From positions 520-64,519 of the forward strand of contig CAYXKL010000002.1 of assembly GCA_964464825.1 (NCBI GenBank): 64,000 nucleotides of DNA, in the 5' to 3' direction. Source of the DNA: an uncultured Melioribacter sp. (GTDB taxonomy: Bacteria; Bacteroidota; Ignavibacteria; Ignavibacteriales; Melioribacteraceae). A model generated the notes under the pieces. It made no database searches, was not told the DNA's origin, and saw only the letters and a list, made by a program, of their open reading frames with translations. This document shows positions 9,969-20,658 of the stretch, one piece after another; the first letter of the stretch is position 1; each line of letters starts with the position of its first letter. The translations under genes were made by a program, and so were the position numbers.

Positions 9969-10649
9969 TTATTTAATGAGTTCTATAATAATCAGCTTCT
10001 TCCCTTTTTCATTTCGTGAATTGGTCGGTTTGTATGAGAGTTCAAAAGTAGTAGATTTTTTTATGTTTGATTTGTATTTCAGTTCAGCAGTTTTAAATTC
10101 ATCATTAATATCACCACCTTTTACAGCGGCTAAATATGCTTTATCTTTAATTAATGGAAGCGCATAACGAAATAAAATTATCAAAGGAACAGTTGCACGG
10201 CTAATTATAAGATCGAATGTATTAGCATATTTTTCTTTGAACTCGTCACTTTCAACCCGGCAATTTTCTGCAGTAACATTATTCAATTTAAGTTTAGAAA
10301 TAAATTCCTTAACAGCTTCAATTTTTTTACTTGTTGAATCTGCGAGAACACCTTTAAGCATTGGACGTGTTATTGCAAGTGGAATACCTGGAAAACCACC
10401 ACCAGTACCAATATCTAAAAATTTAGTTACTTTCTGAGGTAAAAACTCACTTAAAAACGAAGAGATAAAAACGTGGTTTTCGATAATCTTTTGAACATCA
10501 CGGCGGGAAATGAGGTTAACTTTACTGTTTTTGTGTGTAACCAGAGATGCAAAATTGGCAAGTCTTTCAATCTGATATTCATCGGGATTAATAGAATTTT
10601 CCCAAAAGAGCATTTTCAATTCGCGTAGATACTGCTCTAGAAGATCCAA
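9969..10649 (-). CDS. rsmG: 16S rRNA (guanine527-N7)-methyltransferase RsmG (GidB)
   Basis: 226 aa, apparent TTG start. SAM motif DIGTGGGFPGIPLAI. Sits directly downstream of mnmG. Confidence 0.9.
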   Translation of the reverse strand: MDLLEQYLRELKMLFWENSINPDEYQIERLANFASLVTHKNSKVNLISRRDVQKIIENHVFISSFLSEFLPQKVTKFLDIGTGGGFPGIPLAITRPMLKGVLADSTSKKIEAVKEFISKLKLNNVTAENCRVESDEFKEKYANTFDLIISRATVPLIILFRYALPLIKDKAYLAAVKGGDINDEFKTAELKYKSNIKKSTTFELSYKPTNSRNEKGKKLIIIELIK

Positions 10650-10669
10650 AAAGCCCTCAAATAGAAAAT

Positions 10670-12544
10670 TTAACTTTTCAAATATACTAATAAAACAGAA
10701 ATATCTGAAGGTGTTACTCCGGAGATTCTTGAAGCTTGTCCAATAGAGCGTGGTTTTACTTTAGTTAGTTTTTCGCGTCCTTCAGTTGATATAGATTTCA
10801 AGTTAGTATAATTAAAATTTAATGGAATTAATACGTCTTCTAATTTTTCCATTTTCTTTATCAATTCCAACTGTCGTTGAATATATCCGTCATATTTAAT
10901 TTCTATTTCTACTTGTTCTAACGATTTACCATCACGCAGCAACTTATTAACTACTTCATTTTCATTTTGAATAAATGATAAAATATTAACCAGAGATAGT
11001 TCCGGACGTTTGGTTAAACGGTCGATCGACTCAGCATTATCGATTGTTGATGAATTAATTAATTCTAAAAAAGGATTAATTTTATCTGGTGCTACTTTCA
11101 ACTCGCCCAACACTTTTTTTGATAATGCAATTAGTACTTCTCTTTCTTTCATTTCGTCATACATCTCTTTTGGTATCAAACCGAATTCAAAACCATATTT
11201 CATTAATCGTCTATCAGCATTATCTTGCCTTAAAATTAAACGATGCTCTGCCCTCGAAGTAAACATTCTGTAAGGTTCATTTGTAGATTTATCAACAAGA
11301 TCATCAACTAAAACACCTATATAAGCTTCGCTTCTTTTCAAAACAAATTCTGGCCGTTTTTGAATTTTAAGAGCAGCATTAATTCCAGCAACAAGACCTT
11401 GAGCCGCAGCTTCTTCATATCCGGATGTTCCGTTTATTTGTCCGGCAAAATAGAGTCCTTGAATTAATTTTGTTTCCAAAGTAAGGTCAATTTGATATGG
11501 AGGAAAATAATCATACTCAACAGCGTAACCGGGACGGACCATTTCTACTTCTTCCAAACCTTTAATTTTACGGAGCGCCTCAAACTGAATTTCTTCGGGC
11601 AGCGAAGTAGAAAAACCATTAATATAAATTAAATCGGAATCCAATCCTTCCGGTTCAAGAAATAATTGATGCCGTTTTTTATCAGCAAAGCGATTTATTT
11701 TATCTTCAATAGAAGGACAATAACGTGGACCAACACCATGGATTAAGCCAGTAAACATTGGCGAACGGTCAAATCCTTTCTCTAATATTTTATGAACAGT
11801 TGTATCGGTGTATGTTATATGGCAGCTCGTTTGCGGAAGATATGGAAATTCATTAATCGGAGTTCTTTGCGAAAATGGAATTGGCGGAACATCGCCGGGC
11901 TGTTCTTCTATTACGTCCCAATTTATTGTATTTTTTTTCAGCCGTGGTGGAGTACCGGTTTTTAATCGTCCTGATTCAAAACCAAGTTTAATTAATGATT
12001 CAGTTAAACCGATAGCTGGTTTTTCACCATATCTTCCACCCCGTGTGGCTTTTAATCCAGTGTGCATTAATCCATTTAAAAAAGTACCAGAACAAACGAT
12101 TAATGCTTTGCATTTTATATCTACACCCTTAGCAGTTCTAACTCCGGAAATCTTTTTCCCCTCCTCAATGGCTTCAATAATAGAATCTTCAATAATTTCA
12201 ATATTTCTTGTAGAACCAACAAATCGTGAGGCAACATCTGTATATATTTTTCTATCATTTTGACTTCTACCAGCCCAAACAGCCGGGCCTTTTGATTTAT
12301 TTAACGTACGAAATTGAATTCCTGATTGATCGGCAATTAATCCCATTACGCCGCCCAAAGCGTCTATTTCATGAACTAAATGTCCCTTTGCACTACCGCC
12401 AATAGATGGGTTGCACGACATTCTTCCGAATGCAGATTTGTCCATAGTTACTACAGCAACAGAGCACCCCATACGTGCTGACGCAATTGCTGCTTCTATG
12501 CCGGCATGTCCGCCACCAACAATTATTACGTCAAAATAATACAT
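10670..12544 (-). CDS. mnmG: tRNA uridine 5-carboxymethylaminomethyl modification enzyme MnmG (GidA)
   Basis: 624 aa. FAD motif [15 protein letters not shown] and full-length GidA-like sequence ([30 protein letters not shown]). Confidence 0.97.
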   Translation of the reverse strand: MYYFDVIIVGGGHAGIEAAIASARMGCSVAVVTMDKSAFGRMSCNPSIGGSAKGHLVHEIDALGGVMGLIADQSGIQFRTLNKSKGPAVWAGRSQNDRKIYTDVASRFVGSTRNIEIIEDSIIEAIEEGKKISGVRTAKGVDIKCKALIVCSGTFLNGLMHTGLKATRGGRYGEKPAIGLTESLIKLGFESGRLKTGTPPRLKKNTINWDVIEEQPGDVPPIPFSQRTPINEFPYLPQTSCHITYTDTTVHKILEKGFDRSPMFTGLIHGVGPRYCPSIEDKINRFADKKRHQLFLEPEGLDSDLIYINGFSTSLPEEIQFEALRKIKGLEEVEMVRPGYAVEYDYFPPYQIDLTLETKLIQGLYFAGQINGTSGYEEAAAQGLVAGINAALKIQKRPEFVLKRSEAYIGVLVDDLVDKSTNEPYRMFTSRAEHRLILRQDNADRRLMKYGFEFGLIPKEMYDEMKEREVLIALSKKVLGELKVAPDKINPFLELINSSTIDNAESIDRLTKRPELSLVNILSFIQNENEVVNKLLRDGKSLEQVEIEIKYDGYIQRQLELIKKMEKLEDVLIPLNFNYTNLKSISTEGREKLTKVKPRSIGQASRISGVTPSDISVLLVYLKS

Positions 12545-12573
12545 TTAGTCCTTTCTTAACACTATTTTTTAGG

Positions 12574-12589
12574 TGTTCCACATGAAACA
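12574..12589. promoter_or_regulatory. parS-like site 1 (TGTTCCACATGAAACA)
   Basis: 15/16 match to the ParB/Spo0J parS consensus TGTTNCACGTGAAACA. Located about 30 nt upstream of the mnmG start. Confidence 0.5.
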
Positions 12590-12697
12590 AAATTAAGATA
12601 GTGACGAGTTTAGAATGAAGAATGTAGAGGAAAAATTTAAATTATTTCCTTATCACTATGCTTGCTTAACCATTCTTTCTACACTCTTAATAAAATT

Positions 12698-12713
12698 TGT
12701 TCCACATGAAACG
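12698..12713. promoter_or_regulatory. parS-like site 2 (TGTTCCACATGAAACG)
   Basis: 14/16 match to the parS consensus. The 14-nt core GTTCCACATGAAAC is identical to site 1, in the same orientation. It ends 2 nt from the mnmE stop codon. Confidence 0.45.
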
Positions 12714-12715
12714 TC

Positions 12716-14083
12716 TCATTTTCCAATGCAGAATTTTGCAAAAATATTGTTCAGAATATCGTCTGATGTTACTTTTCCAATTATTTCACCAAGTGAATTT
12801 TCTGCATTTCTAAGGTCAACTGATATAAATTCCCCAGTCAATTTTTCTTTTATTGAATTTCTAGCTCCAATAAGGTGATATTTAGCTTTTTTTAATGAAT
12901 CATAATGACGTAGATTAGAAACGATTGCTGATTTTTCCGAGTAGTTTTGTGTTCCTATTGCTTTAATTTTTAACCTTTCAAAGAGCTCATTTATACCAAT
13001 TCCGGTTTTAGCAGATATTCCAACTTCAAATCGAGAGTCTTTACATTTTTTTAGATCAATTTTATTAACTACAGTTAAGATTCTTTTTTCATCGGTAATC
13101 TTAGTAAGTTCATCGTATAAATCTTGATTGAACCCTAAAGTAGCATCATTTAAAAATAGAACAATATCTGCATTTTGTACTGCTTCTCTACTTCGGTTTA
13201 CACCCTCTATTTCAATTACATCTGCACTGGCTCTAATTCCGGCTGTATCAAACAATCTAAACAAAATGCCATCTAGATTAAGTTCTTCGCGGATAATATC
13301 ACGTGTGGTTCCGGGAATTTCACTCACAATTGCTCGAGCTTCTTTCAATAAATAATTTAGAAGTGATGATTTTCCAACATTCGGCTTACCTACCAGCGCT
13401 ACATTTACGCCATCTTTAATAATTCTTCCGAATGAATAGCTTGAGAGAAGCAGATCAATTTCAGATTCAATTCTATCTATATTAGATATTATTTCTTTTA
13501 GCGACATAAATTCCAGATCTTCTTCTGCGAAATCTAATTCTAGTTCTATGAGTGAGGATGTATTAATTAAAAGATTCCTTAGCTCATCAACTTTATTTGA
13601 AAGCAATCCATCCATTTGATTTCTAGCGCCGCGTAATGATGCCTCGGTATTAGAATTGATTACATCTGCAACGGCTTCAGCTTGTGCAAGATCCATTCTA
13701 CCATTCAAAAAAGCGCGCTTTGTGAATTCCCCGGGTTCTGCTAACCGGACATCACTATCTAGCAGTAAAAAAATAATTTTTTGAACTATTAATGGGCTAC
13801 CATGCGTACTGATTTCTACAGAGTCTTCACCGGTGTACGAGTTTGGTAAACGGAAAACCGAAACTAAAACATCATCTATCAATTCATTATTCTGATTAAT
13901 TATATTTCCGTAATGGATTGTATGAGTCGGTGAATCTGCAATTGGTTTTTTCCCTTTAAAAATTTTATCAATTGCTGTAAAACTCTTTGGCCCGCTTATT
14001 CTAATGATAGAAATCGCACCAATACCCGGCGGAGTAGCTAATGCAACAATTGTATCTTCATTTTGTGATATTGATTGTGTCAT
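12716..14083 (-). CDS. mnmE: tRNA modification GTPase MnmE (TrmE)
   Basis: G-domain motifs GKPNVGKSS, DTAGIR and NKID are present, with the canonical C-terminal FCIGK. I prefer the start at MTQSISQ (14083) over the track start at 14107. Confidence 0.95.
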   Translation of the reverse strand: MTQSISQNEDTIVALATPPGIGAISIIRISGPKSFTAIDKIFKGKKPIADSPTHTIHYGNIINQNNELIDDVLVSVFRLPNSYTGEDSVEISTHGSPLIVQKIIFLLLDSDVRLAEPGEFTKRAFLNGRMDLAQAEAVADVINSNTEASLRGARNQMDGLLSNKVDELRNLLINTSSLIELELDFAEEDLEFMSLKEIISNIDRIESEIDLLLSSYSFGRIIKDGVNVALVGKPNVGKSSLLNYLLKEARAIVSEIPGTTRDIIREELNLDGILFRLFDTAGIRASADVIEIEGVNRSREAVQNADIVLFLNDATLGFNQDLYDELTKITDEKRILTVVNKIDLKKCKDSRFEVGISAKTGIGINELFERLKIKAIGTQNYSEKSAIVSNLRHYDSLKKAKYHLIGARNSIKEKLTGEFISVDLRNAENSLGEIIGKVTSDDILNNIFAKFCIGK

Positions 14084-14290
14084 ATATATTTCTTTTGGAG
14101 GATGCAAAATTATGATAATTGATAAGCACTAACAAGAAACTATTTTTTTCCGTTAAATAAATATATAACGAACAATTATATTACTAATTCGTATTATTCT
14201 ATTTCGAATTATTTTGAATACTTTGAAACTTTTACTGAAACTTTTTTGTATGAACGTTAAATTAGCATTATAAAAATTTGGTAAAGAAAA

Positions 14291-16909
14291 ATGGCTTATA
14301 ATTTCAACAAGTTTACTGTTAAAGCACAAGAGACAATTCAGAATGGAATTGAGATTGCACAGAATTACAACAATCAAATTGTTGAGCCGGAACATCTGCT
14401 GGCGGCAATTCTTCAGGATCAATCAAATGTAGCTTATACAATTATACAAAAAGCCGGCAGTAATCTTAATCAGATGAAAATTAAAATTGGCGAACTGCTC
14501 GAAAAACTTCCCAAAGTAATCGGTTCGGGAATTGGTAACCAGCAGATATCAATCAACACAGCAAAAATTTTTGATGCTGCTGCTGACGAAGCAAAAAATT
14601 TAAAAGATGATTACGTATCGAACGAGCATATTTTAATTGCTTTGAGCGAAGATAAAACTGCTGCCGGAAAACTTTTAAATGATAACGGCATAAATAAGAA
14701 TTTAATTTTATCAGCTCTAAAAGATATTCGTGGTAATCAACGCGTTACATCTCAGAATCCGGAAGACACATATCAATCATTACAAAAATATGGACGCGAT
14801 TTAAACGAACTTGCCCGATCAAATAAACTCGATCCGGTTATTGGACGCGATGAAGAAATAAGAAGAGTATTACAAGTACTTTCGCGTAGAACCAAAAACA
14901 ACCCGGTATTGATTGGCGAACCCGGTGTTGGAAAAACAGCAATCGCTGAAGGTATCGCTCACCGCATAGTTGCCGGAGATGTCCCCGAATCACTTAAAAC
15001 AAAAAGAATTGTCGCGCTCGATATGGGTGCGCTTGTTGCCGGTACTCAATTCCGCGGACAATTTGAAGAGCGGGTAAAAGCAGTTGTGAAAGAAGTTCAA
15101 GAATCTGATGGAGAAATAATTTTATTTATTGATGAACTTCATCTACTTGTAGGTGCTGGAAAAACTGAAGGCGCAATGGATGCGGCAAATATTTTGAAAC
15201 CGGCTCTTGCTCGCGGTGAACTTCATGCAATTGGCGCAACAACTCTTGATGAATACAGAAAATACATCGAGAAAGATGCCGCGCTCGAAAGAAGATTTCA
15301 ACCCGTGCTTGTTACAGAACCGAATGAAGAGGATTCAATTTCAATATTGCGTGGATTGAAAGAGCGTTACGAAGTTCATCACGGTGTTCGTATAACCGAT
15401 GGTGCTATCGTAGCAGCAGTTCAACTTTCGAATCGTTACATTACAGATCGTTTTCTTCCAGACAAAGCTATCGATCTGATTGATGAGTCTGCATCGAAAT
15501 TAAGAATAGAAATAGATTCGATGCCGGAGGAGCTTGATGCAGTCGAAAGAAAAGTAAAACAGCTTGAAATTGAACGAGAAGCTTTGAAACGCGAGAAAGA
15601 TTCTGAATCGGCACAACGGCTTGATGAACTTCAAAAAGAGTTAAGCGAATTGCAAGAAGAACGGAATCAATTAAAAGGGCATTGGCAGCTTGAAAAAGAG
15701 AAGATCCAAAAAATTCGGGCTATGAAAAGTGAAATAGAAAAAGCTAAAGCCGATGCAGATCGATTCGAACGCGAAGGTAACCTTGGTAAAGTTGCTGAAC
15801 TGCGCTACGGTGTAATCAATGAACTCGAACGGAAAATGAAAATTGAAACCGAGCAGCTTGCAGTAATTCAAAAGAGCAGTAAAATGCTTAAGGAAGAGGT
15901 TGATGCTGAAGATGTTGCCGAAGTTGTTGCAAAGTGGACTGGAATTCCGGTAAGTAGGATGCTTGAAAGCGAGCGGAGTAAACTTTTAAGATTGGAAGAG
16001 GAACTTCATAAAAGGGTTGTGGGACAAGATGATGCTGTTGCCGCTGTTGCAAATGCAATTAGAAGATCGCGTGCTGGACTGCAAGATGCAAACCGTCCGA
16101 TCGGTTCGTTCATTTTCATCGGTACAACGGGGGTTGGGAAAACCGAACTTGCACGCGCACTTGCAGAATTTCTTTTTAATGATGAGCATGCTATGATACG
16201 AATTGATATGAGCGAGTATATGGAAAAGTTTTCTGTATCGCGATTGATCGGCGCACCCCCCGGTTATGTTGGCTACGATGAAGGCGGACAATTAACAGAA
16301 GCAGTCCGGCGGAGACCTTATTCAGTTGTATTGCTTGATGAAATTGAAAAAGCTCATCATGATGTTTTTAATGTTCTGCTTCAAGTTTTAGATGATGGAA
16401 GATTAACCGACAATCAGGGAAGAACTGTTGATTTTAAAAATACAATTATAATTATGACTTCAAACCTTGGTTCGCACTTAATCCAGGAAAAACTATCCGA
16501 GATGAATGAAAATAATTTTGATAACACTATGGGTGAACTACGGCTTGCACTTTCGGAATTACTAAGAAGAACAATTCGTCCGGAGTTTCTAAACCGTATA
16601 GACGAAATCGTTTTCTTCAAACCATTGTTGAAAAATGAGATCGAAAAAATTATTGATCTGCAATTACAGCGCGTAGGTAAAATGCTTGCCGAAAAAGGTC
16701 TACAGCTTGAAATTGAAGAGGGCGTAAAAGATTTTCTGATGCAGCATGGATACGATGTAACTTTTGGTGCGCGTCCACTTAAACGTACAATACAAAGATA
16801 TTTGATCAATCCTCTTTCTGCAGAATTATTAATGAACAAATACGAGAGCGGCGATAAAATAATTGTGCGTTACCCGGGAGCCGGGAATTTGGTCTTTGTG
16901 AAAGGGTAG
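14291..16909 (+). CDS. clpB: Chaperone disaggregase ClpB
   Basis: 872 aa. Has a Clp N domain, two AAA+ modules ([16 protein letters not shown]) and a long coiled-coil middle domain. Confidence 0.97.
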   Translation: MAYNFNKFTVKAQETIQNGIEIAQNYNNQIVEPEHLLAAILQDQSNVAYTIIQKAGSNLNQMKIKIGELLEKLPKVIGSGIGNQQISINTAKIFDAAADEAKNLKDDYVSNEHILIALSEDKTAAGKLLNDNGINKNLILSALKDIRGNQRVTSQNPEDTYQSLQKYGRDLNELARSNKLDPVIGRDEEIRRVLQVLSRRTKNNPVLIGEPGVGKTAIAEGIAHRIVAGDVPESLKTKRIVALDMGALVAGTQFRGQFEERVKAVVKEVQESDGEIILFIDELHLLVGAGKTEGAMDAANILKPALARGELHAIGATTLDEYRKYIEKDAALERRFQPVLVTEPNEEDSISILRGLKERYEVHHGVRITDGAIVAAVQLSNRYITDRFLPDKAIDLIDESASKLRIEIDSMPEELDAVERKVKQLEIEREALKREKDSESAQRLDELQKELSELQEERNQLKGHWQLEKEKIQKIRAMKSEIEKAKADADRFEREGNLGKVAELRYGVINELERKMKIETEQLAVIQKSSKMLKEEVDAEDVAEVVAKWTGIPVSRMLESERSKLLRLEEELHKRVVGQDDAVAAVANAIRRSRAGLQDANRPIGSFIFIGTTGVGKTELARALAEFLFNDEHAMIRIDMSEYMEKFSVSRLIGAPPGYVGYDEGGQLTEAVRRRPYSVVLLDEIEKAHHDVFNVLLQVLDDGRLTDNQGRTVDFKNTIIIMTSNLGSHLIQEKLSEMNENNFDNTMGELRLALSELLRRTIRPEFLNRIDEIVFFKPLLKNEIEKIIDLQLQRVGKMLAEKGLQLEIEEGVKDFLMQHGYDVTFGARPLKRTIQRYLINPLSAELLMNKYESGDKIIVRYPGAGNLVFVKG

Positions 16910-16950
16910 AGGGAAGAAGCAAAAGGTGAAGGAAAATATTATAGTTGTAT

Positions 16951-16980
16951 TTCCGGTGAAAACCGGAAGCACTTTTATTA
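16951..16980 (+). terminator. Rho-independent terminator after clpB
   Basis: TTCCGGT-GAAA-ACCGGAA is a perfect 7-bp stem, followed by GCACTTTTATT. Confidence 0.6.
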
Positions 16981-16998
16981 CTATTGATTGAAAAGTAT

Positions 16999-17421
16999 AT
17001 GGATCCAAAATTTTTCAAATCACCCACAGAATTAAGAAAATGGTTTAAGCAAAATCATTCTGTTAAAGATGAGCTTTGGGTTGGCTATTACAAAAAAGAT
17101 TCCGGTAAGCCGAGCATAACATCGCCGCAATCGGTAGATGAAGCGCTTTGCTTTGGATGGATTGACGGAATACGCAAAAGTATTGATGGGATCAGTTACA
17201 AAATACGATTCACACCGCGGCGTGCAAAAAGCGTCTGGAGTACTATCAACATTAAACGTGTTGGCGAATTGAAAAAACTTGGATTGATGCAGCTAGCTGG
17301 TCTTAAAGCATTTAAAGTGAAAAAAGAGAACCGCTCGGAAATCTATTCTTACGAACAGCGTCAGGCAGAATTAATTAATCCGTACAAAGGAATAATTAAA
17401 TCAAATCAATTTGTTATTTAA
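16999..17421 (+). CDS. YdeI/OmdA-family protein, apparently lacking the usual C-terminal ~50 aa
   Basis: MDPKFFKSPTELRKWFKQNH...ELWVGYYKK...EALCFGWIDGIRKSID...RFTPRR is typical of YdeI/OmdA. The ORF ends shortly after the YSYEQ region. Confidence 0.65.
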   Translation: MDPKFFKSPTELRKWFKQNHSVKDELWVGYYKKDSGKPSITSPQSVDEALCFGWIDGIRKSIDGISYKIRFTPRRAKSVWSTINIKRVGELKKLGLMQLAGLKAFKVKKENRSEIYSYEQRQAELINPYKGIIKSNQFVI

Positions 17422-17508
17422 GTAATAAATTCTTTTCTTTGACCAACCCAAAATTAAATCAGCAATAAAACCAAATTTTTTTCGGAATAAGAATAAAAGG
17501 AATTCAGA

Positions 17509-18669
17509 ATGAAGCTTTCAAAACTATTTATAGAATTTTTCAACAGCGAAAAAGCTTCGGGACTTATTCTAATATTATGCAGCGCTGTTTCATTGATAAT
17601 TACTAATTCACCTTTGGGAGAATCATACTCACATCTTTGGCATGCGGAGATATTTTACAGACCGGTAGAGTTTTGGATTAATGATGGTTTGATGACGGTT
17701 TTCTTTTTGTTAGTTGGTTTGGAAATAGAGAGAGAAATTTACATCGGTGAACTTTCCGATATAAAGAAATCGATGCTTCCTATTTTTGCTGCTTTGGGCG
17801 GAATGATGATTCCGGGATTCATGCATTTCTTATTCAATAACGGAACAGAGTATCAGAGAGGATTTGGAATTCCAATGGCTACAGATATTGCATTTTCATT
17901 GGGAATCCTTTCATTGCTCGGCAATAGAGTGCCGGCTTCTTTAAAAGTATTTTTAACTGCACTGGCAATTATTGATGATCTTGGTGCAATTATAATTATT
18001 GCAATTTTTTATTCAACGGATTTTTCGTTTTTATTTTTTGCACTCTCAGTTTTAATTTTTGCAGTAATGATTGTTATGAACAGAATGAAATTTTATAAGA
18101 TCTGGTATTATCTGCTGCTTGGATCTGTGATGTGGTTTTTTATGTACCGTACTGGGATTCATCCCACTATCACCGGTGTTCTTTTAGCTTTTGCAATTCC
18201 ATTTGGAAAAGGGGATGAAGATTCTCCTTCGTACAAGTTACAGCACTATCTGCATAAGATTGTTGCGTTCGCAATTCTTCCACTCTTTGCACTTGCAAAC
18301 ACGGCAATTGTTTTTCCGGATTCTATTTCCGGTATAATAAACAGTACTAACAGTCACGGAATCATTTTCGGTCTTTTATTTGGTAAACCATTAGGGATTT
18401 TTATTTTTTCAATTGCCGGAGTACTTATAGGATTGTGCACAATTCCATCGGATATAAAATTCAAACATTTGTTTGGTGTAGGCATTCTTGCCGGTATCGG
18501 TTTTACGATGTCGATATTTATCACTTTATTAGCATTCAGCGATAGCACTATTGTAGTAAGTTCAAAAATTTCTGTGTTGATTGGCTCTATTACTGCCGGA
18601 CTGATCGGATATTTGTGGCTTCATTTAACGTTACCAAAAAATAATTTGAATGATGAATCAATAAATTGA
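17509..18669 (+). CDS. nhaA: Na+/H+ antiporter NhaA
   Basis: 386 aa with about 11-12 TM helices. NhaA signatures WINDGLMTVFFLLVGLEIERE and ALAIIDDLGAIIIIA (the DD pair) are present. Confidence 0.95.
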   Translation: MKLSKLFIEFFNSEKASGLILILCSAVSLIITNSPLGESYSHLWHAEIFYRPVEFWINDGLMTVFFLLVGLEIEREIYIGELSDIKKSMLPIFAALGGMMIPGFMHFLFNNGTEYQRGFGIPMATDIAFSLGILSLLGNRVPASLKVFLTALAIIDDLGAIIIIAIFYSTDFSFLFFALSVLIFAVMIVMNRMKFYKIWYYLLLGSVMWFFMYRTGIHPTITGVLLAFAIPFGKGDEDSPSYKLQHYLHKIVAFAILPLFALANTAIVFPDSISGIINSTNSHGIIFGLLFGKPLGIFIFSIAGVLIGLCTIPSDIKFKHLFGVGILAGIGFTMSIFITLLAFSDSTIVVSSKISVLIGSITAGLIGYLWLHLTLPKNNLNDESIN

Positions 18670-18711
18670 ATATAGAAAATTTATTTAGTAAATAATTAAA
18701 CAGAAAATTAT

Positions 18712-19345
18712 ATGAAAAAATTTTTGGTAATTATGTTTTCTTTTTGTCTCAATTCTTCATTCTCAATTCGCAATTGATTATGGAATTAAAATCGGCGGAA
18801 CTGTTTCTTATCAAAATTATGATTACACTCCTATAAGCCCGGTAAAAGGATTTAATCCCGATAATAAACTTGGATTCAATGCCGGTATCTTTACAGAATT
18901 TAATGCATTCCCGTTTATTACTTTAGTAGCGGAGCTGAATTATGTGCAGAAAGGAATTCAAAAAGAAATTGAAAAAACTACCGGGGAATATCCCGATGGC
19001 ACCGGAGAAATGGTAACATGGAAATTGGGTATCAATTATTTAAACTTATCATTATTGGCAAAACCATCTTTTAATTTAGGAATTGTAGAGCCATATATAT
19101 TGGTTGGTCCCCGTCTGGATTACGAATTGAATAAATCAGTTGACTACGATGATGCATCGTTTTATGATGAATTTAAGAAGAGCCGGTCGGGCATTAAACT
19201 TGGTTTGGGTACAGAAGTAAAAATTGTTAGTCTTAAATTCCTAGCAGAATTTGTTTATGATATTGACTTTTCAGAATTATATAAAAATGAAAATGTTGAA
19301 ATTACATCCGGTTCATTTGATTTTAGAATCGGTGTGTATTTATAA
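18712..19345 (+). pseudogene. Outer-membrane beta-barrel protein disrupted by a frameshift inside the signal peptide
   Basis: ATG at 18712 encodes MKKFLVIMFSFCLNSSFSIRN then a stop. The +1 frame is open from ~18731 and reads ...LFVSILHSQFAIDYGIKIGGTVSYQNYDY...LGFNAGIFTEF...ITLVAELNYVQKG with no ATG/GTG/TTG before 18944. The body ends with beta-strand-like FDFRIGVYL. Confidence 0.5.
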
Positions 19346-19353
19346 AGAAAACG

Positions 19354-20658
19354 TTAATATTGTCTAATAAATTCTCTAAAGTCATCGTACTTATTAGATA
19401 ATTGTATTGATTTTTTCTGTTTTGTAAGACAAACTGTCAGCCGGTCGGGTATTTCAATTTCAGTTTTTAATTCCTCTTCTATTACATCTTTGAATTTAGC
19501 CGGGTGAGCTGTTTCCAAAATAATTCCATTTAAATTATTAATTCCGAATTTTTCAGTAAAACTTTTTAAAGCAAGATATCCTACGGAGCCGTGCGGATCA
19601 ATTACATAACTGTATTTGCTATACATTTCTTTAATTCCAATTCGTGTGGCGCCATCGTCAAACGATTCAGAGTATACATCTTGCTGAATATCTGTAATTG
19701 AATCAGAATATATTTCTTTGATTCGCACAAGATTACTCGGGTTACCCACATCCATTGCATTCGATAATGTTTGGATTGAGGGCTGCAGTTTGAATTCACC
19801 GGTTTTAATATAATGAGGAAATACCTTATTTCTGTTTGCAGCTCCAATAAATTTTGAAACGGGCAATCCCATTTTTTTTGCTATCAGTCCGGCTGTTAAA
19901 TTGCCGAGATTACCGGACGGCACCGAAAATATTGTCTCAAAATTTTTGTTTTCGATCTGTTTGAATGCTTCGAAGTAATAAAAAGTCTGCGGAATTAAAC
20001 GTGCTACGTTTATTGAATTAGCTGAAGATAAATTTATTTTACTATTAAGTTCCTTATCAATAAATGCAGATTTAACTAAATGCTGACAATCATCAAATGT
20101 TCCGTCTATTTCGAGTGCGGTAATATTTTTATCGAGAGTGGTTAATTGCATCTCCTGGATAAAACTTACTTTTCCTTTTGGATAAAGAATATAAACATTA
20201 ATGCCGGGTGTATCATAAAATCCATATGCAACAGCACTACCGGTATCGCCGGAAGTGGCAACTAAAATATTTAATTCTGTTTGTCTGTTCTTTACAAAGT
20301 GACCCATGACTTTTGCCATTAACCGTGCGCCGAAATCTTTGAAAGCTAAAGTTGGTCCGTGGAAAAGTTCGAGGATGGAAATATTATTGTTAAGTTTTAT
20401 CAAAGGGGCCGGGAAATTTATAGCGGATGAAATGATATCTGTTAAATCATTTTCATTAATTTCACCTTCAATAAATTTTTCAGTAATACGTAAAGCAATT
20501 TCCTTAAATGAAAGTTTTCCGATCGAATTAAAAAATTCCTTTTCAAATTTTGGAATTATTTCCGGCATATAAAGACCGCCGTCTTTTGCAAGTCCTCTCA
20601 TAACAGCAGTTTCAAATGAAACAGAATTTGTTTTATTATTTGTGCTGAAGTATTTCAT
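19354..20658 (-). CDS. thrC: Threonine synthase
   Basis: 434 aa. PLP-lysine region LFHGPTLAFKDFG and the long ThrC form are present. Confidence 0.95.
   Translation of the reverse strand: MKYFSTNNKTNSVSFETAVMRGLAKDGGLYMPEIIPKFEKEFFNSIGKLSFKEIALRITEKFIEGEINENDLTDIISSAINFPAPLIKLNNNISILELFHGPTLAFKDFGARLMAKVMGHFVKNRQTELNILVATSGDTGSAVAYGFYDTPGINVYILYPKGKVSFIQEMQLTTLDKNITALEIDGTFDDCQHLVKSAFIDKELNSKINLSSANSINVARLIPQTFYYFEAFKQIENKNFETIFSVPSGNLGNLTAGLIAKKMGLPVSKFIGAANRNKVFPHYIKTGEFKLQPSIQTLSNAMDVGNPSNLVRIKEIYSDSITDIQQDVYSESFDDGATRIGIKEMYSKYSYVIDPHGSVGYLALKSFTEKFGINNLNGIILETAHPAKFKDVIEEELKTEIEIPDRLTVCLTKQKKSIQLSNKYDDFREFIRQY

Noticed and set aside
11808-12263. 151-aa antisense ORF inside mnmG. Similar long antisense ORFs occur at 16414..16839 in clpB, 22676..23065 in aspartate kinase, 38683..39015 in uvrB, 43523..43888 in the TPR kinase and 56716..57207 in thiolase.
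   Set aside because: All are antisense to genes with unambiguous full-length family signatures. Such shadow ORFs are commonly seen antisense to long genes in low-GC DNA. None has a recognisable motif.
14108-14290. CIRCE (HrcA) operator upstream of clpB
   Set aside because: No TTAGCACTC-N9-GAGTGCTAA-like inverted repeat is present. Only the TGAAACTTTT direct repeat was seen.
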